Below, in pieces: positions 13,704 through 25,674 of a stretch of 64,000 bases of DNA. The stretch comes from Mobula hypostoma (lineage: Eukaryota): the NCBI RefSeq assembly GCF_963921235.1, contig NC_086097.1:98272001-98336000 (forward strand). The letters run 5' to 3'. How positions within the stretch are numbered: position 1 is the stretch's first letter; every line of letters begins with the position of its first letter. The notes under the pieces were generated by a model. The model did no database searches, was not told the origin of the DNA, and worked only from the letters and a program-made list of their open reading frames with translations. Both the position numbers and the translations under genes were made by a program.

Positions 13704-15659
13704 CAGGAATCCCCAACCTTTTTTGCACAGTGGACCGGTTTAATATTGACGATATTCTTGCGGACCAGCTGACGGGGGTGGGGGGGGGGTGTTAATCACG
13801 ACCGGAATATAGGTGATAAGTCAACTATAATTCACTTAACAGTGGCTAATACACTCAATTTTGTTTCTAAAAGGGTTTATCTAACGAATTTAATAGTAAA
13901 CACACAGCGCATATTTTCCTCGCATGAATATAGTGATAAGTCAATTATAAGGGGGTTCCTTATGTCCAGTCTATTCCGCAGTTTACTTTTCGTTGCATTC
14001 ATTGCAGATAACTCCGCTTCACAGAGATATGATGTTGGAAATGGAAGCGACGTTTTCAGTGCTTTCGTGGCTATCTCAGAATATTCAGCCTTGACTTTGA
14101 TCCAGAATGCCAGCAGAGATGCTATGTCAAACATACATTTCAGCCCACTGTCATTTGCAAGCTTGAGGAGTTGATGATCTTCTCGCGCTGACATGGATGA
14201 TTCACCGGGAACATTCACAAATGGGTCATGGACCCATTCCTTTGCATGTCTTGGGTCATTTGCGGTTGGGAAGTAATGCTCGAATTCTGTCGACAGTGAA
14301 GATAGGTGATCGAGCACCAGCTGTGAGAAGGACGGTGCAGCCTCAGTCTCTCCCAAAATCCCAGCTAATGTTGGGAACATATCAAATATGCTCCTGTCCA
14401 CTCGCTGTCCCCACTGTTCCAGTTTGGCTTTGAAAGCAGACACTTTATCTGCCAACTTGAAGACAGTTGTCATTCTCCCCTGAAGTGACAAATTGAGTTC
14501 ATTGAGCAGGTTGAAGATGTCACACAGATAAGCGAGTTTTGCTATCCACTCCTCGTTACTGAAGTTTGCTGCCAGTGGTGACTTTTTTTCTTGAAAGAAA
14601 TCTCTGTAGCTGCTCTCTTATCTCAAAAACCCTGGCCAGGGCTCTTCCCCTTGATAGCCACCTGACTTCAGTGTGTGAGAGAAGGCGTTTATGCTCTGCA
14701 TCCATTTCCTCGCAAAGCTGCTCAAACAAACGTGAGTTCAGGGCTTTTGCTTTGATGTGATTGATAACTCCAACAATGTCACTCAATACGCTGTTAAGAT
14801 CAGGTGACATTTTTTGGCTAGCCAGCATTTCCCTGTGTGTGACACAGTGTGTAGACTGGCATTCAGGAGCAACCTCTTTGACTTGGATAGTGAAAGCAGA
14901 CTCGTTAAGTTGTTCCAACAGCTGTGCTTCGATGTCCTCCGTTATGTCATCGATTCTCCTTGAAACTGTGGTGGCTGAAAGAGAAACCTGTGCCATCTTG
15001 TTAGCTGCAGCTTCTCCCAACAGTTCACGGCACATGTCCTTGGCAGCAGGCAGAATCAATTCTTCACCAACAGTGAAAGGCTTCTTAGCCTTAGCAATAC
15101 GGCCAGTCACTAAGTATGATGCTCTCAGAGCAGCAGCATTTGTGGAAGTGGTGGCTCTCAGCACTTGCTTCCGTCCCGCTTGCACAAGTTTTTTCCGCTC
15201 AAAAAACTCAAACAGGTTTGTCTTTAAGTGCAGGGTGCTTGGTCTCAAGGTGCCGAAGCAGTTTTGAGGGCTTCATTGCCTCATTAGACAGCTTGTCTCC
15301 ACATATCACACACAGGGGCCTTGGAGCATGCAAGTCACCAGTCGCAGTAAAGCCGTATTTTATGTACGACTTGTCGTTTTTTCTGTTGAAGGAAGCTTTC
15401 TTTTTTTTTGCAGTCTTGGCCCCAGCTGTCTCTGCGCTATCATCATCGTTAGGCCTTTTATGTCCCCTACCATCTCTTCCAAAGAAACTCTCAAACGACG
15501 TGTTTTTTACTCATCGAGTAGTTGCAGGTTAATGACCAATTGATGACCTCGCGTGCGTTCAAGTTCAACAGTGGGCATGACAGGGAATGAGGAAAGGTGC
15601 AGCTGACTCAGATCGTCAAATCATATCATTTCCTCGCGGCCCGGTGGTTGGGGACACAG
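13704..15659 (-). mobile_element. hAT DNA transposon, Buster/Charlie3 (MER1-like) group, internally deleted and non-autonomous
   Basis: Perfect 8-bp TSD GGTTAAGC (13696-13703 and 15660-15667) with central TA. Imperfect TIRs CAGGAATCCCCAACC / GGTTGGGGACACAG. BED finger (CVICGDKLSNEAMKPSKLLRHL), HCVTHRE, EVRWLSRG and PFPTSYLCEAELS motifs, with frameshifts. Confidence 0.95.
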
Positions 15660-16264
15660 GGTTAAGCAGTAGCTTTACTTTGCCCAAGGGTGACCTGCAG
15701 ACTAGTGGAGCACCTTACACCTCCTTTGGTAGAGCTGCATCTGCACCCCCCCCCCCCAAAATGGACATTAACAGTCCAATCTCACTCTGATTTTCTAAGT
15801 TTTGTTTACGATATCTTAATGGATTAACTGACCCAGATAACCAACATTTAATCCTCTATCAGTTATGCTAAACATGCTATGTAAGCAGTAACAATATATT
15901 GTATTCTGCCTCCGAAATTCATTCCATTAACATCAGTGTTAAGGTTTATCATAGTGAAGGCTGATAAAAGTCCTCTGCAATATTTTTTCTTTCCCCCCTT
16001 TTTTTTAAAAATCAAACATCAGAATTAGGTTTGCTGCCAGTCTGAAGAGATCAACTGAATTTGGGAATATACTGACTGAAGGAGTTTTATATTTAAAAAA
16101 AATCTACAGGCTGTCCATTTCAAAGCAAATTTAAATCTTCATAAACCTGCAGATCACAAACTGAAGAATGAATTATGGCAGATAGAGGAAAATGCACCTC
16201 ACAGCAATTGCAAATAATTTTGATTTCACAAACTGAAAACACAAATATGGCCAAATATAATTAC

Positions 16265-16369
16265 CTTCAATACATTAACGTCTTCCAGAACTATCTTAAG
16301 TCCATTTTTAAATGCCGCTGCTCCCAGGAGAAAAATATCAAAGAGGTAGATCCGATCATTTGTTGAAAT
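16265..16369 (-). CDS. EXD1: EXD1 coding exon (105 nt)
   Basis: ttctctag|...|gtaatt. Translates ISTNDRIYLFDIFLLGAAAFKNGLKIVLEDVNVLK, similar to VATNCRVYLFDIFLLGSRAFHNGLQMILEDKRILK. Confidence 0.96.
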
Positions 16370-17729
16370 CTAGAGAACAAGTAACCAGAATTAAATAATG
16401 CACAAACATAGAAATGTGTTAATAAAGCTATGAAGCAATAAAGCTCTGGACTGGAAACCAACACCAAATGCTTCATGAACAGAAGTACAGTTTACAGTCA
16501 AAAGTACTCAAATGACTATGTCACAGCTTGTGAGTCTATTTGTTCAAATATAGTCATCTCCACTCAACCTTGGCTGCATCTTCAGAACAGCTAGTACAAC
16601 AACTTAACTGTGCATCAATAAATTCCATTCAAATTGAACCTTCTTGCACGGAACATTTAAAAAACTGTATTGAAAAACAAGGCTTCCTTACTGCACAGCA
16701 TAGCATGCAGGGACAAACCTTTTTATTCACAATGGAGAATGTGATCTGGCACTAGGAGATATTGACAAAGTATTTTAATAACTACTTTTGAAATGTAATA
16801 AATAAGGTATTCTAGATTAACTATATCTGTCAAAAAAGTCTAGGAACTTCTAAAAACATAGATTGCTTTATTTGTCACATATATATTGAAATAATGAAAA
16901 CATACAGTGAAATGAATTGTTTCCACCAATGACTAACACGGTCCAAGGATGTGCCGGGCACAGCCCACAACTATTGCCATAACTCAGGTGCCAACCTAGC
17001 ACACCCACAACTTACCAATCTTAACCTGTATGTCTTTGGCATGTTGGAGGAAACTAGAGCACCCAGAAGAAGTCCATGTGGTTATGGGGAGAATGCATAA
17101 AGTGTGAAGACAGGTTGATGTGCTGTAATTGTGTTACGCTAACTACAATGCTATGTGCCATCCTATATTCATCCTTTTCAGTAAAAGGATCAGGGAGTAA
17201 AGCAAATCTTTTGTATTTAAGCCATAAATGAAAATGTAATTAAGCAACAGCATTCTGCAGTTTGTAGCCGTCTATGTTTCAAGTACATTTAGACTGTGAG
17301 AGGTTGAGGTACCTCTGAGAACTTGAAAGAGTTGCTTCTCAGGGTCTGGTTGTACTTCAGCTGTACTCTCTTGATGACTGGGCACCTGGTGCAGTTGGGG
17401 AAGCACATTAGAAGACCTCCTTGTCAGTCTGTCTTTAGGCCTTGTTGAGACAGTCAACTACCAAGGCTTCTGCCTAGGCCAACTCTCTCCTCTTGCTTTG
17501 AAGGTGCATTTGTGCCTCAGCATCAACAGGAAGCATGTGGTGTTAACTGGCTTTCAAGAGATTTTTGGGAGTCAATGACTATCTCAGGGGGTGCAGTACA
17601 TCCTGAACTGGGATAGTCACGTTTTAATTTAAGAAGTACCTGCCTGAAAATTTATGCAAATGAAGGTCTTTATGGAAGTAAGTATTTAAATATCAATGAC
17701 TCAGCCCTTCCATTGGGTTAAAACATTAC

Positions 17730-17816
17730 CTGCATCCAGAACAGCTTTCCGAAGCGGCAGACATTAATACCTTTCACTGCAACTCCAATCACATTCTGTT
17801 GTTTAATCTGAAAGAT
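17730..17816 (-). CDS. EXD1: EXD1 coding exon (87 nt), ExoI region of the DEDDy-like domain
   Basis: ttttacag|...|gtaatg. Translates IFQIKQQNVIGVAVKGINVCRFGKLFWMQ, similar to EXD1 ILHIKKQNVLSVAAEGANVCRHGKLCWLQ. Phase 0/0. Confidence 0.95.
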
Positions 17817-18574
17817 CTGTAAAATTCAGGCAAAAAATACTTAAAAGTTGGTCAATTTATTTCTCCTCTGTATTCTCACCTATAACTACAGTATACCCCT
17901 GAAATAAACAAACACTGAAAGCAAAGCAGTTCAGGCAAGACATCCACTCCTACACAACTCACATTGAGATAAAGAAATAAACAAACACTGAAAGCAAAGC
18001 AGTTTTGTCAAATTCCATCAAGCATGTGCATAATAGAAAATCGCAATATGGAATATTTTCTAGGATTGCAATCTCTCTACAATGCAGAGGTGCACTGTTT
18101 TTATCTTCATTTAGATAGTCAATCAAAATTCATCTGAGTACAGATCTTGTGCGATAAGGGACATCCAAGACTTTAAAGGCTTCTTACACCTTTACTCATA
18201 TGCTTTACTACTTTACAATGTAGGACAACATTCGACCCATCCAGTCTATGCTATTTCTCAAAGAAATTCCATGCCATTTCCCTACATTTTTCTGTAACCT
18301 TTCCCTTCACATGTGCCCATTGACCCTACCAATTCCCCCATCAGCCATCTATAAAGGGTTAATTAACTCACCAACCTGTGCACCTTTGGGATGTGGAAGG
18401 AAACTCAAGTGGTCATGAAGGTCAAGAATAAACCTGGATCACTGGAACCAAGAAACAGCTGAACCACTTGCACAGTCACTATACATACACCAACTAATCC
18501 AGCTGAGTTCTAACAGGAAGTTAATGGCATAAGTTTGTTGACTTTCTCAAGATGAGATTCAACAGTTTTCCACA

Positions 18575-18990
18575 AATCCCAAGTTTGGGGCACTCCTTTC
18601 TCCCTGGACATGGCGGAGTTGGTTGTGTTTCCGAGATCCCAAGTGTGAGCCGTCTGGAGCTTAGCTCCTGGTAGGATCGATCACCCATTGTGGTAAGGTC
18701 AAGAGGGAAGTTCCAGACAATGAGCAATCCAACCAAGACCTCAATGATGGAGTTGGTGGAAGATGGCGACACATCACAACAGCACTGAAGGTGGAGGATG
18801 CTGAAGCAGTGAAGAAACCTCAGTTGTCTCGCATGCCATGCCACCGGACTCTGATCCTAAACTGTCAAGGACTATGTGGTGGCTGCCCATGCATCAACCT
18901 CTCCACATTAAACAAAGTCATGCACATGCACTCTCCATTAAGGGAATAACTTCTTGGGAGAACATCATACTTCACTCAAGTGATCACACT
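18575..18990 (+). mobile_element. RTE-clade (Expander/Rex3-like) 5'-end-derived non-autonomous element
   Basis: GTCTGGAGCTTAGCTCCTGGTAGG...AAGGTCAAGAGGGAAGTTCCAGACAATGAGCAATCC resembles recalled RTE/Expander 5' UTR sequence. Confidence 0.5.
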
Positions 18991-20070
18991 ACTAATACAC
19001 TCCACACAACTTCAGCAATTTGATCATTACTCACTGTGTATTGCATAACCTAATAAGCAGGAAACCTCTGGCCAAACTTAATATCACTCAGACTTAAATT
19101 CCAGAGCAGGAGGATTAAGTGCAGCATTATGTCAGTAACAGGTGCATTCCAGCAGAAGAGAGGCTTGTCTGGAAGTGCACGCAGGAGAAATTTAATTGTT
19201 TTCAGGTGCTAAACCCAAGGTGCTATCTTAGCAGTTCTTACAATTAGAGCTTTAATCAGTACCTGCACTGATCTATTTCCCGAAAAGTAACTTGGACATG
19301 GATTACTCCCACATGCCTTATCTTTTTAATGTTATTGGACAGAGGCCACACAATGATGTTCTAACATCCTGCAATACATTTCCAGACAATAAAAACTGTC
19401 TAGATTCAAAGTGCTTGTCATCTTCTCGTGCTGCAGAATGCTGGTCAAACATGTTATACTTTTTTCTTCCAGCTCTACCAAGGGAAAATAGGCTTGAGGC
19501 ATTTCACAGGAATCCTAACAAACAAATCTGACACCAAATTATAAAAGATAAAAGGATAGATGAAACCTGCTATTACATCTGCCAGGAATGTAGGATATAA
19601 AAAATAGAGAGAGGCAAATAGGTAGAGAGGAAATTCAAAAGAGTTATCTCGGCAGCTGTTAACGGTTCAAAACAGGCTGAATGAAATACTAGAATTAAAG
19701 GAGAGATCTTTCTGGGTGCAGATTTGCAGGCTATAGACAGGAAGCGGGTTGAAACCAAGGATTTTTTTTTAAATAATAGGATTAATGGATCAAGAACTAA
19801 TGTACACTGGAAGTACAGGAAGTGGTGAATGAATGAGGCAGACTGAAGAAGCAGGCGATAGTTTTGATTGAATGGAAAACTTGAGCGAAGAGAAAGCTTG
19901 AAAATAAAGGCACACATAAATGATTCAGCTCCTCTGCTGCTGGAGCACAAGTGAACAGGCAATTAAATTGGTAATGTGGCAATGAGCAGATAGAGAGATG
20001 GAAACCATTATAGCATTGAACAAAATGAACTTTTAAAGTTCAAAGTTCAGAGTAAACTTATCAAAATACA

Positions 20071-21679
20071 TAGTAGTGCTCGAAAGTTTGTGAACCCTGT
20101 AGAATTCTCAGTTTCTGCATATGACCTAAAATGTGATCAGATCTTCACGCAAGTCTTAAAACTAGATAAGAGAACCCAATTAAATAAACAAAAACATTAA
20201 TTCTTGTTCATTTATTTATTGAGAAAAATAATCCAATATTACATTATGCTAAGTTAATAAATTTCACGACTCATGCTGGTGATAATAAACTTGATTCTGA
20301 TGTATTTGTTGGAAAAAGTATGTGAACCTTTGTTTTCTGATGTGACCCCCTTGTACAGCAATAGCTTCAACCAAACATTTCCGGTAACTGTTGATTAGTC
20401 CTGCACTTCAGCTAGGAGGAATTTTAGGCCATTCCTCCATACAAATCTGCTTCAACTCTGGTGGGCTTCCTTGCATGAACTGATTGCTTCAGATCCTTTC
20501 ATAACTTTTCTATAGGATCAAGGTCAGAACTTTGACTTGGCCATTCCAAAACACGAGTTTTCTTCTTTTTAAACCATTCTGTTGTTGATTTACTCTTGTC
20601 TTCTGGATCATTGTCCTGCTGCATATCCACCTTCTATTAAGCTTCAGGTTAGACTACTACCCTAGCATTCTCCTGTAAAATGTCATGATACAATTTTGAA
20701 TTAATTGTTCCCTCAACGATTGCAAGCTGTCGAGGCCCTGAGGCAGCAAAGCAGACCCAAACCATGATGCTCCTTCACCATTCTTCACATGCGAGATGTG
20801 GTTTTGATGTTGGTGTGCAGTGCCCTTTTGTGCATTTTTGCCAAAAAGTGCAACTTTCGTTTCATCTGTCCACAGAACATTGTCCCAGAAGCATTGCAGA
20901 ACATCCAGGTGGTCTTCTGCAAACTTGAGACATGCAGAAATGGAGAGCAGTAGTTTCCTCCGAGGGGTCCTTCCAGGAACACCTTCTTGTTTGGCGTTTT
21001 TCTTATAGTGGACATTTGAACAGAGACTTTAGCAAATTCCAGAGATTTCTTCAGGTCTTTTGCTGTTACCCTTGGGTTCTTTTTTACCTTCTTTAGCATT
21101 GCACATTGTGTTCTTGATGTGATCTTTGCTGGATGCCCACTCCTAGGAAGAGTAGCAACAGTACTGAATTTCCTCCATTTGTAGACAATTTCTCTTACTG
21201 TAGACTGATGAACACTCAGGCCTTTAGAAATGCTCTTGCAGCCTTTACCAGCTTCATTTATCTCTACAATTCTTCTAAGGTCCTCTGAAAGTTGTTTTGA
21301 TTGAGGTGTGGTGCATATAAACAGATCTTTCTTGAGAAGTGCAGGCTCTGTCAGTAACCTGACTGTGTCTTCTTTTGTAGGCCAAGATACCTCTACAACC
21401 CACACCTCCAATCTCATCTCATTGATTGGAACACCTGACTCTAAATAGCTTTTGTAGAAGGCATTACCCCAGAGGTTCACATACTTTTTCCAATAAATAC
21501 ATGTAATATTGGATCATTTTTCTCAATAAATAAATGAACAAGTATAATGTTTTGTGTTATTTATTTAAATGGGTTCTCTTTATCTAGCTTAAGACTCACT
21601 TGAAGATCACCTTTTAGGTCATATTTATGAAGAAATTAGGGAAAATTCTACAGGGTGCACAAACTTTTTAGCACCACTG
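20071..21679 (-). mobile_element. Tc1 transposon (IR/DR type), full-length but decayed, inserted in a Rex1 tail
   Basis: ~200-bp TIRs (..GTGCTCGAAAGTTTGTGAACCCTGTAGAATT / AATTCTACAGGGTGCACAAACTTTTTAGCACCACTG|TA) with inner direct repeats. Paired-like HTH QLSEDLRRIVE..GKGCKSISKGLSVHQSTVREIVYKWRK. Confidence 0.93.
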
Positions 21680-21681
21680 TA

Positions 21682-22310
21682 CATCACCATATACAACACC
21701 GAGATTCATTTTATGGCAGGCAATCACAGTAAATATGAGAAACACAACAGAATCAATGAAAGACAGCACCTAACAGCACAGACCAAAATAAAAGCAATGA
21801 TAAACTATTTAAATACAAGAGAAAAAAGAAATAATAATCATAAAAACAAACACTAAATAGAGAACGTGAAATGAAGAGTCCTTGAAAGTGAATCCAGTTC
21901 ATTGGGAACTAAATGATGCAGCGAGTGAAATTCAGTGAATTTATCCCCTTTGGTTCAACAGCCTGATTGCTGAGTGGTAATAACTTCCTGAAACCGCTTG
22001 TGCAGGTCATGGGGCTCCTGTACCACCTTCTTGATAGTAGTTGCAAGAAGAGAGCATGGACTGGATGATGGGGGTCCCTGATGATGGATGCTGCTTTCCT
22101 GCAACAGCGCTGTATAGGTATGCTCAATGGTGGGAAGGACTGTAATGAATAGAGCCATCTTCACTATTTTTTGTAAGCTTTTCCGTTCAGGGGCATTGGT
22201 GTTTTCATACCAGGCCGTGATGCAATCAGTCAATATGTTCTTCACCATACATCTACAGAAGTTTGTCAAAATTTTAGATGACATACCTAATCTTCGCAAA
22301 CATCTAAGGA
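21682..22310 (-). mobile_element. Rex1/Babar LINE 3' fragment (its tail continues at ~20035-20070)
   Basis: RRLGMSSKILTNFCRCMVKNILTDCITAWY motif. Confidence 0.85.
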
Positions 22311-23064
22311 AGAAATTAGGGCGGTAATTAGGTCACAATATTCTGTAATGAAGATTGAGCTCAATGTCAAGCTCATTTTCTCCCAGTAACTTTGAGATAC
22401 AAGATGCAGCTTCATAATATGCTTCAAAGTGATCAAAGATTCATTCAAATAACTGGAATGACCTTGTGGCATTCTGCAGAGACCGTACTAGACTTAGAGA
22501 CAAGTAAAGAGGGAGGGTGAGACAGAGCCTGTGTTGCTGATTGTTCCGGTACTTCTCTTCTATTGTGAACCTCTGCAGGCTAGCCAGCTCTCAGGCTGCG
22601 CCCGAAACAGTTCAAAAGATGCCGGTTGGCAAGAAACTGCTGGTTAATAAACAGGAGGTAGATATGTTCATGTCAATTTGTTTCATTTAAAAAAAAGTTA
22701 TTTTAAATACATGCATTTTCTTCATAAATTTTCAAAAATATTTTAAAATAATCTCCAGATTTTCACCCTCAGCTTTAGTGAGTGGTAAGCAGGAGATCAA
22801 TTCCTATAAGTGAGTGACTGAAAAAGTACATTGGTAAAGTACCGAATGTATTTACTCTGCTAAGGTAAGTTAGAGCAAAGAACGCAAGTGTTACAATAGG
22901 AGAAGAGCCATTCAAGAATAAAATCAAGAAATCAGTATCTATTTAAAAGGCTGTTGTAATCCTGAATACTTTCCAGAAAGACTGGTCGTGTCATTCTGAA
23001 GAGTGAAAATTTTGCCTTTATTTTATGCTTTTCAAGAACTCCTCAAATGATTTGAAACTAAGGA

Positions 23065-23240
23065 AGTATTTTTGAAATGTAGCCACTCGTGTTCTATAAG
23101 AAACGCAACAGCCAAATTATACACTAAGAATTCTTCTAAATAACCATGTGATAATAATCAGATTATCTGCTTTTCTCAGTGACGTTGACTGGAGGATAAA
23201 TACTGGCAAGGACACATTGCTATTCCTTAAAATAGTCCCC
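23065..23240 (-). mobile_element. DeuSINE (SacSINE1/AmnSINE1-like) conserved central domain remnant
   Basis: TTGAAATGTAGCCACT..GAAACGCAACAGCCAAATT..ATGTGATAATAATCAGATTATCTG..GGATAAATACTGGCAAGGACAC matches the recalled reverse complement of the Deu domain. Confidence 0.65.
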
Positions 23241-25524
23241 AACAAGTCTGTGGATCCTCAGCTTTCTCACCTTTCTACTACTAAATGAGAAAGCAAACAG
23301 TTCCACACCCCACACTCTCATAAGTGTTGGACTGGTATGTTAATTGACTACAGTAAATTAACCCTAATATAAGTGGGCAAATAGCGTATCAAGTGAGTGG
23401 GGGGGGGGGGAGACAGAAAGGGAATTAATGATGGGATTACTCCGAGTGTAATGAGTTAGTTGGCCTCTTACGTTGTACAAAAATATGAAACATCAATGTT
23501 GGTAAGGGAATGCCATGAATGGAAAACACTAAAGATGTAAAAAATGCAGTTAAAATGAATGAGTGGCAAAGCAGACTCAAGGGGCTGAAGGAGCTATTGC
23601 TTTTCCAAGCTACATTTAACCATGTATCATTCTCTCTTACTATACAACACCAACTTAGCCAAAAAACTGATTGTAATCCTATAAATACAGAAAATCATAG
23701 TAAACAGATCATTCAGCCTAGGCACTTATGTTCCATCTGAGGGTTGTCATCTTTCTCATCTGAATCTATTAATATAATCCACCCCATTCCCTCAAGTCTC
23801 AGATTTAAAACCTTGAGATTAATTTCATTCCTTTGCAAGATGCCGCTTTTTCCAGACCATTTTTTTTACCCTAAATCACATTCCAGATCTTCAGTTTCTC
23901 TTATGCATCCCATTCCCTCACCTCACCATCATATGGAAGAGACTTCAGCCATTCCTTTCCTCTATCTACCTCACCAGAAATCTATCATTTTGACCAAACT
24001 ATGACCTTGTTATATGCAAATTGCTCATATAGAACATCCCATGTAATGACACCATACAAATGGAATCTATTTTTATTGACAAGATTGAACAGGAACTCTC
24101 AGGGCACCTTCTAATCATGTTTTATGACATACATACCAGCACTGCCCCCTTGTCCTTCAGTACATCTTCAAGGCAACAGTGCGGCAAGCTTAAACAGAAG
24201 CAAATGAGTCATCTCAGTCAATTGCAACTCACCTCAAGTAATTTGTGGACGGCTTTTTTAATAATATAATGCAAATCAAATTTACTGAACCCCACAAAAA
24301 GATACTAATGAAAAACCTGGTTATTTTGAGCTACTGCCCCTTAACTTTGTTAATGAAATAAAACTGCAACTTCTTTATTTCAAAAGCATTGTTGGCAAGG
24401 TCAACAAGTATACTCAGTAAACAAATTTGGAGGCAGATCCAGGTGTGTCCAGAAAGGGATTTTGACATAATATATAGACAAGTTGATGAGAAGAGGCCAT
24501 ACTGCATCTGGTAATAAGCAATGAACCTGGTCAGGCAACGTCTCTCTCAGTGGGTGAGCATTTTGGAGACAGCGACCATAACTCCCTGCACTTTACTGTA
24601 GCTTTGGACCGAGACAGGAGTAGAAGTACAAGACCATAGACATAGGAGCAGAATCAGGCCATTCAGTCCATCCAGTCTGTTCCATCATGGTCGATTTAGT
24701 ATCCATCTCAACCCCCAGTTTCCTGATTTCTCTCAACCACTGAGCACATCAACACGAATTGCTGTTGCAGGAAAGCAGAATCCTTCATCAGGAACCCCCA
24801 CCACCCAGGACTCTTCTCACTGCTGCCACCAGGAAGGTGCAGGAGCCTCAGGACTCACATCACCAGGTTTATAGACAGCTACAGCTGATGGTCTCACTTT
24901 CAAGGACTCTTCATCTCTATGTTCTTGATACTTTATTTCTTAATTTATTATTAATTCTTTCTTTTTGTATTTGCGTAGTTTTAGTTGTCTTCTGCACTCT
25001 GGTTGAAGGCCCAAGTGGGGTGGTCTTTTATTGATTCTTTTATGGTTATTGTTCTATAGATTTATTGAGTATATCCACAAGAAAATGAATGTCAGGGTTG
25101 TATATGATGTACATGTACTTTTGATAATATATTTACTTTAAATGTCACCAGAACTTATCATGGTGGCCTACTTACTATAAAAGACATGGACTGGATTGCA
25201 ATCATCACTTTACATCCCAAAGCTCATCTGCATTTGAAATCCCAAATTATACTTCCATTATAGAGCATTTCCACCAACAGGATAAACCAGGTAGTATAAT
25301 GGTACAGATAATAGGTTCAACAAGAACCTTTGGTGCTGTGAGGAGTTACATATTCTCTCCATCATTATGCGACTTTATCAAGGTGCTCTAGTTTACCTCT
25401 TCCACATCCCAAAAGTGTGTGGGCTGGTTTCAAGTAAACTTACAATTAAAGTACGAAATGTCACCATACATTACTCTGAGATTCATTTTCTCAGTTAACT
25501 GAGATTTGGTTTCTTAGGTAGTTA

Positions 25525-25674
25525 CTGTGTACATACATCTATTGATGCTTCTGGACACATCTTCAGTGATGTTCCTGGAATCATCGGGTGTTTCGGGTCT
25601 TTCAACATCATACAACCTCCTCCAGGTGACCAGCCGGGGCTGATCAGACCTCAGCTTGTGTCCAGATGGCTTGT
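25525..25674 (-). mobile_element. 150-bp 3' fragment of a probable R2/Hero-like non-LTR element between 74-bp direct repeats
   Basis: Minus strand reads QAIWTQAEV* then TCAGCCCCGGCTGG..GTATGATGTTGAAAGACCCGAAACACCCGATGA..CATCACTGAAGATGTGTCC. Flanking repeats at 25451-25524 and 25675-25748. Confidence 0.5.

Noticed and set aside
13877..15248. ORFs resembling host genes ZBED5/SCAND3/ZMYM6
   Set aside because: Bounded by TIRs and an 8-bp TSD, frameshifted and missing the catalytic core: a transposon copy, not a domesticated gene.
17272..17457. 61-aa minus-strand ORF between two EXD1 exons
   Set aside because: No recognisable homology or strong acceptor; the adjacent exons join in frame without it.
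25575..25615. ATGATG..GAAAC on the minus strand as a hammerhead or SECIS element
   Set aside because: Lacks the CUGANGA core and stem II pairing, and is too short for a SECIS stem.
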